Positions 1-12,820 of a DNA stretch of 64,000 nucleotides are shown one piece after another. The position numbers and the translations under genes were made by a program. Position 1 is the stretch's first letter. Every line of letters begins with the position of its first letter. The stretch comes from Yuukianura sp. NJ FZ-2021 (lineage: Eukaryota): contig CM102283.1 in NCBI GenBank assembly GCA_046563655.1, positions 7,626,001 through 7,690,000 on the forward strand, in the 5' to 3' direction. The notes beneath the pieces were generated by a model. The model made no database searches. It saw only the letters and a program-made list of their open reading frames with translations, and had not been told where the DNA came from.

Positions 1-908
1 CAGTGGTCAACTTCCTGTTCCTCGTTCCACTGCTGTTCAAGATTTTTAAACCCAAATGTTGGTTGACCGGGACAAGTACGGAAGATCCAGCAATTTTGAT
101 CCCGCTTACCCCTTCACCTCCACCAAAGAAGTCAAGCTCCAGACTGAGCAGTAGAAACGGATCTTCCGGGAGGTCGAGCAGTAGAAATTCGAGAAGTAAC
201 AGCTACCATCAACCTCCGCCGTACTCTGCAAGAGGTTCCAGTTCCTCAAGGTCGGCTGGTTACAGTAGGAACTGTACACATAATCGGGCTCCAAGTGAAA
301 ACAGTCTGTCTACCATCACTGAAGAGCCAACTTCGTGTGCTACGAGAAGGTACGTTGACATTGACAAAGCTTTGATTTCTATGCTGGTGCTTGCTTATCT
401 TTTACTACTGTTGACTTCAAGACGAGTGCTGTCTGTACCTGGCTAACTAAAAGTGCTGGAGTGACCAATGGTGTGGTGTGTTTCATGGACATTGCTGGTG
501 ACATGCTTCTTTCTCTTTCGCTTTTGCTGTATTCCTGTGCACATTGACCATGAGAATTAACAGTGTTTTGTTTGTTTTTTACACAGAAGTTCTGAAATAG
601 TCGTTCAACCGCAAGTAGTCGTTGAAACTTTCGGCGGAAACGGAGACAACGGCTCCATGACAAAGACTAAAGTCTCGGCTAAGCTAAAAGTCGAAGTTCA
701 CTCTTCGTTACATAGCAATCCTCAGTCAAGCCTGCATTTGTAAGTGAATAATCTTTTAACATAAATTATTTGGAGTGTACAGGAATAAACATCTTATGTA
801 ATCTATTGCTATAATTACAGAAGTGAAAATTCAGGCACCTCCGCCTCAACGTCAAGTTCCAGTTCAAATTCTTCATCGCCTTCTTCCTCAACGTCTTCCT
901 ACGAATGA
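1..908 (+). CDS. ptc: Patched (Hedgehog receptor), last TM helix and cytoplasmic tail; 5' part lies outside the window
   Basis: Exons ~1-349, ~587-739 and 821-908 splice to ...VNFLFLVPLLFKIFKP..TPSPPP..PPPY..SLSTITEEPTS..EIVVQPQVVVET..TKVSAKLKVEV..SSYE*. These match the arthropod Patched tail motifs as I recall them (SLTTITEEP, SIVVQPEVTVET, TKVTATANIKVEL). Stop TGA at 906-908. Confidence 0.8.
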
Positions 909-2168
909 ACTAACCAAACGTTGTTACAAGTTCCCCTGTTAGCAAAATCACAAATTATAGATGGTCCAGTTTTATTCAGAAAGGATCAGAAGTCAAGACT
1001 TTTAATATTTACATTAGTAGACTAATCACTGAACAATTAATGTCATATTTAAATACCAGTTCCCATGTACCCGGGTATTCCACGGGTTATTGTCCATATT
1101 TTAGCACTCTGTCCAGAAATGTCTTTTTGTCAACGACCATTGACCATATAAGGTGTTAATGAGTGCCTGCTAGCTTTATCCTCATGAATTGAAGTTAACC
1201 CTACAGTAATTAATTGTACAAAACACTAACATAACATCCTACCATGTTACAGACTGACTCAAACCCGTCCGGAATCAACTAATATTTGGGACCAAGTTCA
1301 GCACAAGATGAAAATCTGAATTTAATTCGGGACGACGACAAGGAATGTGTTCATAAAAACAATAATTGTCTTGTTAATTTAAAGTGTGAAAACACATTTA
1401 CTAATTAAGTAGAGCTAGTCTGAGGGACGATAATTTTTGTAATCGTGTGATTCCAATTACTAAACAACTTAAAATGCCTTTATGAAACTAACTTGCCAAT
1501 GGAGAGTAATAACTGGAACAAAATGGTATTATACACTTCGTGTTTAAGTGGTTGCTAATTTTAATGTAGAAAACAAGAAATGATATTATCAACCATGCAG
1601 TAGCCTCACTAGTATTACTAATATTTGTTTTTTAGGCAAAATTTAATCCAAGGATGGTTAAGTTGTTAATCGGGATTAACTTTGGCTTAACTGAAGCCGC
1701 GTTTTGCTATTGCCCCCACACAGTATCAAATAAAATGGAAATGAAGCTTGCCTCGCCTATAACTTGAGACAGGAAAATGTAACACTTTATTACTTTCAAA
1801 GGTCAACGTTCAAATGATTCCATTTGTGTGCTTAAGGCATTAAAATTAGCAAATTGATAATTGATGTGTGCAAATGGTAAGTTCAAGCAATTTTTCCTAA
1901 TATACATAGAGTATTTGTGGAAGGTCAGACGACAAGGGACAGTGAATAAAATTATTATTGCAAAAATTTATGTAACTAGTAAATAAGTGGATGATTTTAA
2001 GTAAATTGGTGTAGTACATTTAGGATTATGAACTTAATACTTTAGGAAGTTAGGTGTAGAAGGTTTTAACGTGTATGGAATTTGTAGTTTTTAGTTCTTT
2101 TAGCCCCTGCCGCCACCAAGACCAACCAGCTGCTTTCTTAAATGCTGCTCAACATCAAGGTGTACTGT

Positions 2169-4338
2169 TTACGATCCGGATCGGCGGCGCGGACTGCGCG
2201 AGATACTGCGTGACCGACTTCTTGAAACCCGACGACGTGGTGATCTTGAGTAACTGATGATGAAAACAAAATTAAAGAAATCGATTAATGTCAGTTCAGT
2301 TGAAACTTTCAATCAACATGTCCCTGTCATTTGGAAATTTTATACAGAAGGAATACTTCCATTTTTCGAAATTTCAAAAAACAAGAACAAGAGGGACTTA
2401 CATACCCCTGTTGTCCTTAGAATGGAAATATTTTTTCTGATATTAAAGTGAATATAAAATGAAAATCATAAAATGTGTCTCATCGTTAGAAGAAGAAGAA
2501 AGAAGATAATATTGCATAGGCTGATTGAATTCCTGGGTTGAATTTGGATTTAGCCAAGTTCGAAACTGAGACGTAGTACTAAAGATGGTAATTTTGAAAC
2601 GCTGGACGGGGAAGAAAGAATCGCTGCGTGCCGGGTGATTTCTGATTTTGGATTTAGTTGCTTAAAATGAGGTTTTGCAATTTGTTAAGGTAGGGCTGGG
2701 GATGGAAGTTGAGCTGTGTGACTCTTAAGACGTTGACAGACGCTTAAAGTGGGTGTGAGACTAAAAATAAAGAAATTAAATTACACAATTTCTCATTCCG
2801 GTTGACTTTAAAATGAGTGAGACTGGACTCCCTGGCAGCGATGTCAACGTTGTGTTGGTGTTGAAAAGCTAAAAGTTAGGGATGTGTCTACTGCGCAGCA
2901 GAACGTGGGCGGAAGGAAGTGGTGGAGGTGTAGATCTTTATGCTGCTCGTTGTCGGAAGTTAAGGCAGCTCTGTACTCGTAGGGTACTGAAACTGATGGA
3001 CAACCACCAAAAGTAGAGGATGTCAGAGTTTAGCAGTCCACTCGAGTGCCAAGTTGGGACGAGACGAGTAGTAGCTTTTACTAATCGTCCTAAATTGTCC
3101 TACAATTAGCGTAGTCTGAGCTGCGGTCGTGGGGTGGTAATAGCCGAAGAGCAGTGGAGGAGCTGGCGTTGACCAATTCGATGTCGTGGAGTAGCTTTGG
3201 TTGAGATATGCTATCAAAGTCACCAACGAAGAATTTTCAATCAGTTAAAATATTCCTTAACCAGTACTTTGGCTTTGGACCTAAGCTAAAAGCCATTTCA
3301 GACCTGATTTCCTGATGATCAGGCAGGATATCAGGAAATCAGGCAGTTGGGCTTAAGTTAAAATGTTAAAACTGATTGGGTTAGTTAGAGTTTTAACTTC
3401 TTCACTCATCTCAACCAGCAGTATGGAATACGAATATGGGATATGATCAATCAGTTGCCCTAACCGTGAATCATGAACTTTACGTTTTTGAAACTTGGCA
3501 TTTCAAGTTGGCAGCAAAAATAGGAATTGATTAAAACGAAACAAAATAAAGTGTGTTAAATGGGGAGATTAATAAATTCGGATGAACGTAATAGAAATAG
3601 ATGTAACGTGAACACTCACCTCCTGTCAAATCGTCGTCCCCCTCGGGGAGGTCCGCCTCCACCACCACTACCTCCGCGACCTCGAGTTCTTCCACTGGAC
3701 ATTTCAACTCTAATTAGAAACATGCAATTGATGAAACTGCCTTGTGTGCAACGCTTTACATTCACAATTTAATGTCACTAACCTGACCCGAACTCCGCAC
3801 ATGCGTCTAAAAAGTGAAAAGATAATCAATGTTTAGTTAATGGTTAATGCAAACATTTCCTCCGTCAGAATTAAACACTTACGTTCCGTCCAAATGTCGA
3901 ACAGCATCTTCAGCATCTCGCGGATCCTCGAACTCGATGAATGCAAAACCCGGTGGATTCCTGTTGTAAGTAAAGACAGAAGATACTTTATAAAGTTTAT
4001 AAACAGTGTATCAACCCGGGTAGTTAATCAAGTTTATACTGATGTTATAGTTATGATCATACTAATCTTACCTTGCAACCCAAACGTTCTTGAGTGGTCC
4101 GTACTTGTTGAACGCCGACTCTAACTCCTGTTTGGAGGCATTGTTTCCCAAACTTCCTACATAAACCTAACCACCACAATACGTAAAACATCCATTAAAT
4201 TCTTCATTCAACACTCAAGTAATCGTCTAATTCCAAACGGACTACACAGAGACTTAAAAATTAAGCAAATTAAGACAGTGTGTAACTAACTCTGCTAACC
4301 TTGCAACTCAAATCCCAGTCTCGATGTCGGGAGCCCAT
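2169..4338 (-). CDS. Rbp1: SR splicing factor Rbp1 / SRSF3-type (RRM, Gly linker, RS domain)
   Basis: Spliced translation: [135 protein letters not shown]. Six coding exons with GT-AG introns. Confidence 0.95.
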
Positions 4339-5139
4339 CTTTTCGTCCTAGAGGAAATTAGCCCGTCAATTAGTATCCAATTAGGCAAGAAACGTTACAA
4401 TATCGAATTTAAGATGATAAATAAAGTTGATTGAGTTCGTACTTCCATTATTTACCTGTTTTGGTATCTGTTCAATTCGTCAATTGATGAAACCAAAGTT
4501 TGAGTGTCCAGACACAGCAGTTAAGATAGTATACCCCAAATGAAGCTAAATCAATCAATCTCTGAATCTACAAAATAATTATACTTTGAAACTAAAACTT
4601 GGAGTGACCGTTTGAACCTGATAAACGACGAAGATTCTATTTCTGACTCAGAATTTACAGGCAGAACGGCAGAAGAGGTGTGAAAAATTAACAAAGTGAG
4701 TGCTTGTAAAAAGTGGGCGAGGAAAAGAAGCGAGGGAGCAGAAAAAGAAATTGAGTTGGCGCATGCGCTCTCCGGAGACGCCACTCTCAAGCGTCTGTCT
4801 TGCTTATTTCAACGAAAACAATATTGAGGATGTAATTATAATTTCAATTTACATAAAAGTATTTAGTTAATAGTGAAATTGTTCCATTGAATTTAAATTC
4901 GACCAGACGACATTTCGGTAATTTGGGAATTACAAAAGCCATACGGTGTTAGATTTGACAACCACGTTTAAGAAATCTCGGAGATGGACGTGTTGGGCTC
5001 TTCAATCTTAGCATGTTTATATTTGTACATAAATTAATGTTTTTTTTCCATTTCAACAACATGATTAATTAAAAATTAATTTGGACTACTGTTTTTTTTT
5101 CATAACAACTTTCAAATTCCCTCCAGGACGTGAATGAAC

Positions 5140-5859
5140 TCATGAGGAAATTATGGCGGGTACGGTAAAACACATTTCGTTGACCCCTTCGTCACTAATC
5201 TTCACGCGGAGGGTTACCGGCTATAGAATATATTAAATATTATATTAATTCATTTAATATTATTTAAATATTGTTTATTTTATTTTAATAAGTGATATAC
5301 CCCTGTTCCAAGGTCCCTTGACACATCCAAGGGATATGCAAACGCTCCAATCATTCCCTCCTCCACGTCCACCGCCGTATTCAAGCTGATGATCGTTTTG
5401 TTCCGTCGTGCTCCCAAAACCACAAATTCAGCTTCCAGATTTTTATGAAAATTCTCTGAAAAAAACACATAATTTAAATTTAAACGTTTAAATTTTTTAA
5501 ATTCTGAAGTTACTTGAACGGAAGTAGGCTGCCAACATGTAGTTCTGTCCTACAGTAAAATTGCAGGGAGGATGCGGACAGTCTGGAATTGTCACTTGTA
5601 GGATCTCTCCCTCGGAACCTTAGTTAAGAATTAGTTAATTTAAATATTAAAAGTTAAAGTATAATGTGACCTTCTGACCCAAGGATTTGAGCTTTGAAAG
5701 TTTTAGAAAAAAAATTGTGAAAACATTACCGCAATTTGTAAAATTTCGAACCACGCTTCGTCTCACATCCGGTCGTACGCGTGGGGTAGTTCCGAAAACA
5801 AGCTGCGCTGCGACAATCCCAAAAACAATTGGGATGAGAAACTTCATCCAAAGTGACAT
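5140..5859 (-). CDS. Secreted ML-domain (NPC2/MD-2-like) lipid or small-ligand binding protein
   Basis: Signal peptide MSLWMKFLIPIVFGIVAAQLVFG, then NFTNC|GSEGEILQVTIPDCPHPPCNFTVGQNY...|PVTLRVKISDEGVNEMCFTVPAIISS*. The Cys pattern and C-terminal 'CF.VP..I' fit the ML family. Four exons. Confidence 0.7.
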
Positions 5860-6428
5860 TTTTTCAAAATTCTTGTTTTATGATTCCAAAGTTCAAAATT
5901 TTGAAAATAGAAGCAAGGGATAACTATTGAACGTAAGATGAAATTAAAAAGTTGACACTGCGAAGACTCACGGCGAAGGAAATGAAGGAAACGGAGTTTA
6001 TATTTTTGTTTTTAAGCAGCCTTCAAAATTTTGTGCCTGGAAAATTTTTCAAGGATACTCTCATTTGATTAAATTGCTTAACATAGGCACAAGGTCAGTT
6101 TGATTGACTTAATTGTTTATTGTTGTTTGCTACTATTAATTGTGTAGTACAGCCCATGTTCCATGAAATTCTGGAAAAGAGCCTTCTCATTAATCTGTCA
6201 CTTGTAAATACAAATTAACAAAAGAATATGTTAGTTTTTTTTTTCATGGGAAATCCTGTCTTCCTGTTTATGTTTCCTGTTTCAACGCTTTTTGATTAAA
6301 ATTTTGAAACTCATTTTAATAAAAAGAAACCTCAAAAAACGTTTTCAGAAAACGTTTTTTCATCCTCAACAATGTTAACCATAGGCTGTCAAAATCCATT
6401 TTTATAACCAGTAGAAGCCGGTTAAGTT

Positions 6429-7891
6429 TTAAGTACCAGCGTGATTTAGTCTTTCACAAATCATTTTGAAAACTCCTGCCGCTTTTTCAAAATCACTCAA
6501 ATCCGTATAAACTTGAGCCGAGAATCGAACCCACAACTTTCTATTGTGTTTGAACACAAAAGCAAACATGTTATGCTTATTTAGCAATTCATCACGCCAA
6601 AAAAGTAAATCCGAGGCAGGCGCAAGCTCCGGCTTGTCAATTGGCAGTAGTACGTCAACCATGTTGCCAATTTGATCTTCCGTCTGAAGTACTGACGTTC
6701 CTAGTCGCTTAGCCACCAAGGCTCCGCCCCTCACAGCAAGGTTATGTGTATAGTTCGTAAGTGGAGCTTCACCGATTTTGGCGCGAAAAGCAAGCGCTGC
6801 AGGTACAGTCATGTAGGAACTAAAATCCATTGTTCCTGTCCAGTAAAATTCTTTTTGAAAATTGGCGGGCGTGGAATAGTATGTTGAGATTGACGTCGGA
6901 TGGATCCATGCCTTGTGTTGTTTTTTGACGTACATGACGCCTGTTCTTCTAGCGGTGTACAACCATTTGTGACAACTTGCCACGTAGAAGTCTACGTCAA
7001 GGGCCTTGATGTCCACTGGCACGTGACCTACCGCATGCGCACCATCCACCACAATCAAAATGTTTTTGGCTTTTAACAATGGAATTATTCTGGAAATTGG
7101 ATTAATAACGGATGGAACTGACGAAATGTGGTCAATCACTGCAATTCGGATTCCAGAATTTTCGATTTCGTTTAAAAAAATTTCAAATTTTTGAACCAAT
7201 TTGTCGTTGGTTATGGGGTAGTTGACTTTGAATTGAACCAAAGTGACATTCCCGTCGTTAGAGTCCGTGATATACTTTAGCATACCTTGGACTCCTTCGT
7301 AGTATGTACTAAAATGTAAAATTTTGTCACCCCGATGAAATTTTAAACTTCGAAAAATTGCATTTAGTCCTCCCGTTGTATTTGGAACGACGACGAGGTC
7401 ATCGGGGTCATCGGCGTTCAGATATGCTGCTAAATGCTTGCGAACATTTAAAAGTTCATCTAAGACGTCAATTCTCAACCAACGATCAATATTTCTTTCG
7501 GCGCGGTCTTGAAATGCTTGCAACGCAGTTTTAACGTCCCTGGGATAAGGTCCTGAATTTTAAAAAAATCAACTTCAACTTTTAAAAAAATTTTTTTTTT
7601 TTTGAAAACGTTTTAAGGTACCATAGGCTCCATGGTTTAATTGGATAAATTCTGGATCCATCAAAAATTCTTCTCTCATTGCTCGTCCTAGCGGTGGAAG
7701 TTCTCTTACCTTCAATTTCTGTTCTGAAAATTCAGAAAAATTTCAAAAAAAAATTGTGCTTTCGTGATAGGTTTTTTGAAACTTTTAAATTTGAAAAACC
7801 AAAACTTACCGAGTTCATCACCACTGCTAATAGTACTTAATATGCAAAAACCAGAGACAAAGAAGACCCAAGTCCTGTGACAGGGAATCAT
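6429..7891 (-). CDS. PLP-dependent class-V aminotransferase-fold C-S lyase (Egt2/CefD/LolT/L-cysteine desulfhydrase-like), copy 1, with signal peptide
   Basis: Exons 7891-7810, 7723-7622 and 7552-6429 are in frame. Motifs LNHGAYG, IDHISS, DGAHAVG, SCHKW (PLP lysine), WTGTMDFS, WVRFSAQVY. N-terminus MIPCHRTWVFFVSGFCILSTISSG. Confidence 0.9.
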
Positions 7892-8169
7892 ATTGGTGGA
7901 GTAAGGTTAAACAAAATTGAAATTTGAAACTAACTGACCACCGTCATTACTTCAACTAATTAAATTTAACTCAGTTTTCAATTAACATTATCTTAACCTA
8001 CCCCTTGGACAATAAAACTTTAACAATGGAACAATACAAAGACATTGATGTCAAATTATTTTCAGAAATGCGCGGTTTACAAGAGGTCAAGAATTTGTCA
8101 GTTGTCGTCACTGAAAAATGACATTTGAGTTTGCAATTTTTAAATTTATTCAATCAAAATAGCTCAAAA

Positions 8170-9741
8170 TCAATTGCGGCATTGTTCAGTTTTCAATTTT
8201 TTTGCAGTTCCATTATTCAGTTCCTCACAAAGTATTTTGTAAGCCTCTGCAACTTTTTCAAAATCTGTCAAATCGTTATAGATTTGTGCTGAAAATCGTG
8301 ACCAAATTTTCCCATTGTGTTTGTAAGTAGCAGCATAGACGTTGAATCGATTCAGGAGCCCTTCCTCCCAGTACTTTTTGTCAGTAGCTGTGGGGTCATC
8401 GGGGTCATTGACCGGAAGTTGCACATCGACCAGATTGGCAATTTGATCTTCCGTTTGAAGTACTGTCGTTCCAAGGTGATTGGCCACCAGAGCTCCACCC
8501 TTGACGGCAAGGTCATGCGTATAGTTCATAAGCGTCGATTCTCCAATTTTAGCACGAAATGCAATGGCAGCAGGAACGGTCATGTAGGAACTGAAATCAA
8601 TTGTTCCTGTCCAGTAAAATTCTTTTTGAAAATTAGCGGGTGTGGCATAGTCGCTGGAAATTGATGTTGGATGGATAGTTGCTTGATGTTGTTTGTTGAC
8701 GTACATGACTGCTGTTCCTCTGACGGCGTAGAGCCACTTGTGACAGTTTGTGATGTAGTAGTCAACGTCAAGACTTTTGAGGTCAACTGGAATTTGACCT
8801 ATGGCGTGAGCTCCGTCAATGACAACCAAAATATTTTTAGCCTTTAACAGTGGAATCAACTCTTCAATTGGATTTCGAACTCCTGGAACTGATGAAATAT
8901 GATCCACAAGAGCAATCCGAATAGGCGAATCTTCTTGGTGATTTTCGTCCAAAAAGTTTGCAAAATTTTTAACAATTTCGGCATTCGTTATGGGATAGTT
9001 GACTGGAAATTCGATCTTGGTGACATTTCCATCATTGGTGTCCACGATGAACTGGACTAGTGATCTCATCGCTTCATAGACAGTACTGAAGTGGAGGATC
9101 TTGTCTCCACGGTGAAATTTCATACTGCGAAATATGGCGTTCATCCCACCAGTAGTGTTTGGAATGACGACGAGGTCATCCGGGTCATCGACGTTCAGAA
9201 AAGCAGCAAGCTGTGTGCGAACATTGATCATTTCGTTCCACAAGTCGAGTCGCATCCAACGATCCGCATTTCTTTCTGCTCTTGTTTGAAATGAGTTGAA
9301 CGCCGCTTGAACTTCCTTGGGGTGAGTTCCTGAAAAAAATTGAATTATTTTTTTTTACATACTTTTTCAAACAAATTGATGTCAATTACGTTTTTAATTT
9401 TGACTTAAAATTTGGTAAAAATAACCGTAAGATCCATGATTGAGCTGGATAAAATCTGGATCCATGAAGAACTCTTCCCTCATTGGTCTACCGAGTGGTG
9501 GAAGTTGTTTCGGCATTGAATATGATCCCATTGAGGTCACCTCTGAAACAACAATAATCTAATTAATTAAATAATTAAATTCTTATTGTAAAGTTAATTA
9601 CATTTAAAGTTAATTAAGTTACTAGTTTCGTAATAGCTACTTAGCTATTACCATAAATACTTTAGTCTCACCACTCCAAATGAAATTTCGACTACAAATA
9701 ACTGTGGCAATGGCACTGAATATCCAGCTAATCATTGCCAT
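8170..9741 (-). CDS. PLP-dependent C-S lyase (Egt2/CefD-like), copy 2, with probable signal peptide
   Basis: Exons 9741-9672, 9542-9426 and 9329-8170 are in frame. Motifs LNHGSYG, VDHISSVPG, DGAHAIG, NCHKW, WTGTIDFS, WSRFSAQIY. N-terminus MAMISWIFSAIATVICS. Confidence 0.9.
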
Positions 9742-10716
9742 TAATGGCTTTGAGTAATTTCTTATGTAAGTAAAATTTACATTCTAGATTCTGCAGAACT
9801 AAATTGCCTTCGTAAGTTGACATTAAAGTAAACCGAAATGTTAATCTACAACTTTGACCTCAATGACGTCACACATGAATGCTCCACGCCTGCAAGTCGA
9901 TGATAACTTTTTCTTTTCAAAGTTTACAGATTACACTACAGTTTCAACTTAACTTATACTTCAGCTTTGCTTCACTAATTTTACAGAGGAGGCTTTAAAA
10001 GTGAAAACTTAATAAGTGAATACTTTCACCTGGATCATTTGACGCCAAAGTCAAGCGTTTGCCAATGATACTAGATGATGCCAGGAAGTAGAGAATACAG
10101 AATTTTTGCATTTTGTTGTTTTAAAAGCACTGTTTCAGCTGATACCAAGGATACTGTTAAAAAGCCTAATTTTCAAAAACCTAAGTTTTTGTTGTCGGCA
10201 ATTGGGATTTATAACACAAAGAAATGCCTGAAATAATTGGATTACAAAGTAGTAGTGACCTCTGTAGGAGGTCAAGTGTTATGCTTATCATGCTAACCAC
10301 TTAGGCTCAAGGTGAAGCATCGCAATCAGTTTTCATTGTAACATGTCAAACGATGCCGTTTGATCCTAAGTATAGTTTCGATAACAAATTTACGAAAAAA
10401 GGATTAATTTAGTATATCAAAAAATCACCCCTCAAAAAAATTAATCACGATTTGCTTCTGTAATAAACAGATTTTATTTCGGAATTGGTTCACCTTCATT
10501 TAAAATTAAAATTTAAAAAAAAATACGGAATGAATTAATAGGAAAAGCTGTCGTTGCAACAGTCTAAAAAGCGGAGAGCAAAAATGAGAATTAAAAAAAA
10601 ACATATTTCTAATTCCAAAACTTTAGTATCATGCTGTATAAAAACCTAAAGGTAAAAAATAAATTTTCAAAACCACATTTTTTAAGATTCCAACATTATT
10701 TTTGTAACAAAAAAAA

Positions 10717-11997
10717 CTATTGCTTAATAACTTTTTTATGAACACTTCGATTAGTCACAAACGTATTGATTAGAATTCTATTCCAAAGTTCTAAAAATTC
10801 TTTTTCAAATTGACCGCTATGTTCGACCAGAAAAAACAGAACATTGCCATACGCCTTATTGAAAATTGCTGCTCCATCGACTTCACCGTACTTCTTTTCC
10901 GTACTTAACTTCAAAAGCGTTATATCACTAACGCCATTATTCGGATGATACCGGTACCATTTGTAGGAGAAATCCTCCAAGTATATCGGCGCGTCGGTAC
11001 CGTCCGACTCCGAATTGATCCTTGGTGGAAGTATGCCCGTGATGTAAACATCTTCATGTGTCACCAACAGCTCATTCTCTTCGTACATGCCAGTCAACAA
11101 CCTTGGAACAAGTGATGACCTAATGGTGTACCCCACTCCTGCGCAGTGTTTTGGAAAGTTTTTGCCCGGTATCTGGTCATAGGTGACATGGTATCTCTCG
11201 TAAGGCCCCGTCGTATCTCTAATCATTCCTTCATTGTTGTGAATCCAGCATCGGAAAGTATTGGGTCCCTGGGTGGGCGATACGGCAATTTCACTGGTCA
11301 ATTTGAAAATGTTGACAATGACGTCATCGTCTGTTTTGACCACTAGTTCTGGTTGTGTACAGTACATTGACAGCCATTCATAAGCCATGATTGCTTTCCG
11401 AGTTAGATTTCGGTAGGTGTCGGTAAATAGTCCGCTGACAATGTCTCCATATTGGTCAAATTCCTCATCAATTTTCCCGCTAACTTCTGAATTTTCACCT
11501 GTTTGGCCAATGTGACCAAGGAAAAATACTAAAGCAGCTACTGTGACGTCGTTAAAAGTTTTGATGGATCCGTACGTTTCTCGGATAAGTTTTCGTTCAT
11601 TGAAATTTGCGCGAGCGGACAAAACGACGATGACGATGTTTTTGGTGGACGGATCCGTGAAATTACACAAATCCGGGTTGTTTAGCACAAATGTGGTCAT
11701 TTGCACACGCGTGTTGTTGCCGTTGGTCACATTCCCGCCAAATCTTCTGGGAAAACCCGCAGTTCCAGGATCAGCATAACTTAAAAAAACAGAAAGATTA
11801 AGCACAATTTTTGACAAAAAATAATTTCCCAATTTCAGTAATTGTGTAAAGTATGTTTATACTTACATTTCATTTCCAAGTTGTATAAAATTTCTTGTAC
11901 TGTTGTACCAGTAAAATGTACAAATCACATAAAACCCGCCGAAAAGCAAACAAGGTAGAATACAACAAATTGGACGTTTCACAATCTGACTGAACAT
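10717..11997 (-). CDS. GT31 beta-1,3-galactosyltransferase-like type II membrane glycosyltransferase, copy 1
   Basis: Exon 1 encodes MFSQIVKRPICCILPCLLFGGFYVICTFYW (TM anchor) and is followed by one intron. Catalytic exon has RKLIRETYG, EEFDQYGDIV, FTDTYRNLTRK, KTDDD (DxD), FPKHCAGVGY and EDVYITG. Confidence 0.92.
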
Positions 11998-12626
11998 AAT
12001 GTGTCACTGACCAAGAAAAACGAGGCAAAATTCAAACTTTTATTTTCGTTTTGTCGAATTTGCGCTTTAACTTTGGGGTTGGAGCTAAACTTTAAGTTTG
12101 TGTAAAAATTTGACCTAATTTTGAAACTTTGGAGTGCCAAAGTGCAGATTCCTTTTGAAGAATTGAAAGATGTTAATCCAGGACACATCAGCGGATACAA
12201 ACCTAATTGCAGAGCATTTGAAGCAAAATCGAACTCCTAATTGATGTAAACTACCACACAATTTTTTTTTTCAAATACCACAATGCTAAACTGAACTAAT
12301 TTTTATTTTAATGTTTCCTTTAACGCTTTCCACATCTGTGCCGGTTGGTTGGTATAAAAAGAATCACTTCTAGATTGGCAACTAACTAGGGTACTAAACT
12401 ATAGCAAAACTAGCAAAGTTATCTAAAATGCACTTACGCCAGCTAAACTCCAACGTGGATACACTTGAATCCGTCTAAGAGTCGACTTTTATTTTATCTA
12501 AGCGGTCTCTTTTTACGTTGAAATTACGAAAAGCCCAGAGATTTCCAAAAAATCCCACGGAAAATTAGGTTCTATTTCAAACAATTCAGAACACCGAACG
12601 GGATTTGGAAATATGCAAGCTATAAA

Positions 12627-12820
12627 TTTGTAATGAGTTGAATGCTGTAATTAAAACGAAATTTCTAACTAGAAATTTCCCTTTTAATTTATAGCCTATA
12701 AATGAAAAGTGAAATTTCTAGTTAGAAAATTCGTTTTGATTGCAGCGCAGCATTCAATTCATTACAAAATGCTTTGAAAGCGTCGTCGGCTGCCTTCTCA
12801 AAATCACTCAACTCGTTGTA
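12627..12820. repeat. Fold-back inverted repeat (~65-bp arms) built from, and followed by, a degenerate copy of the lyase 3' end
   Basis: 12627-12694 pairs with 12696-12768, centred on tttatag-c-ctataaa. 12752-12820 aligns to the 3' coding end of lyase copy 3 (~17042-17110). Confidence 0.8.
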
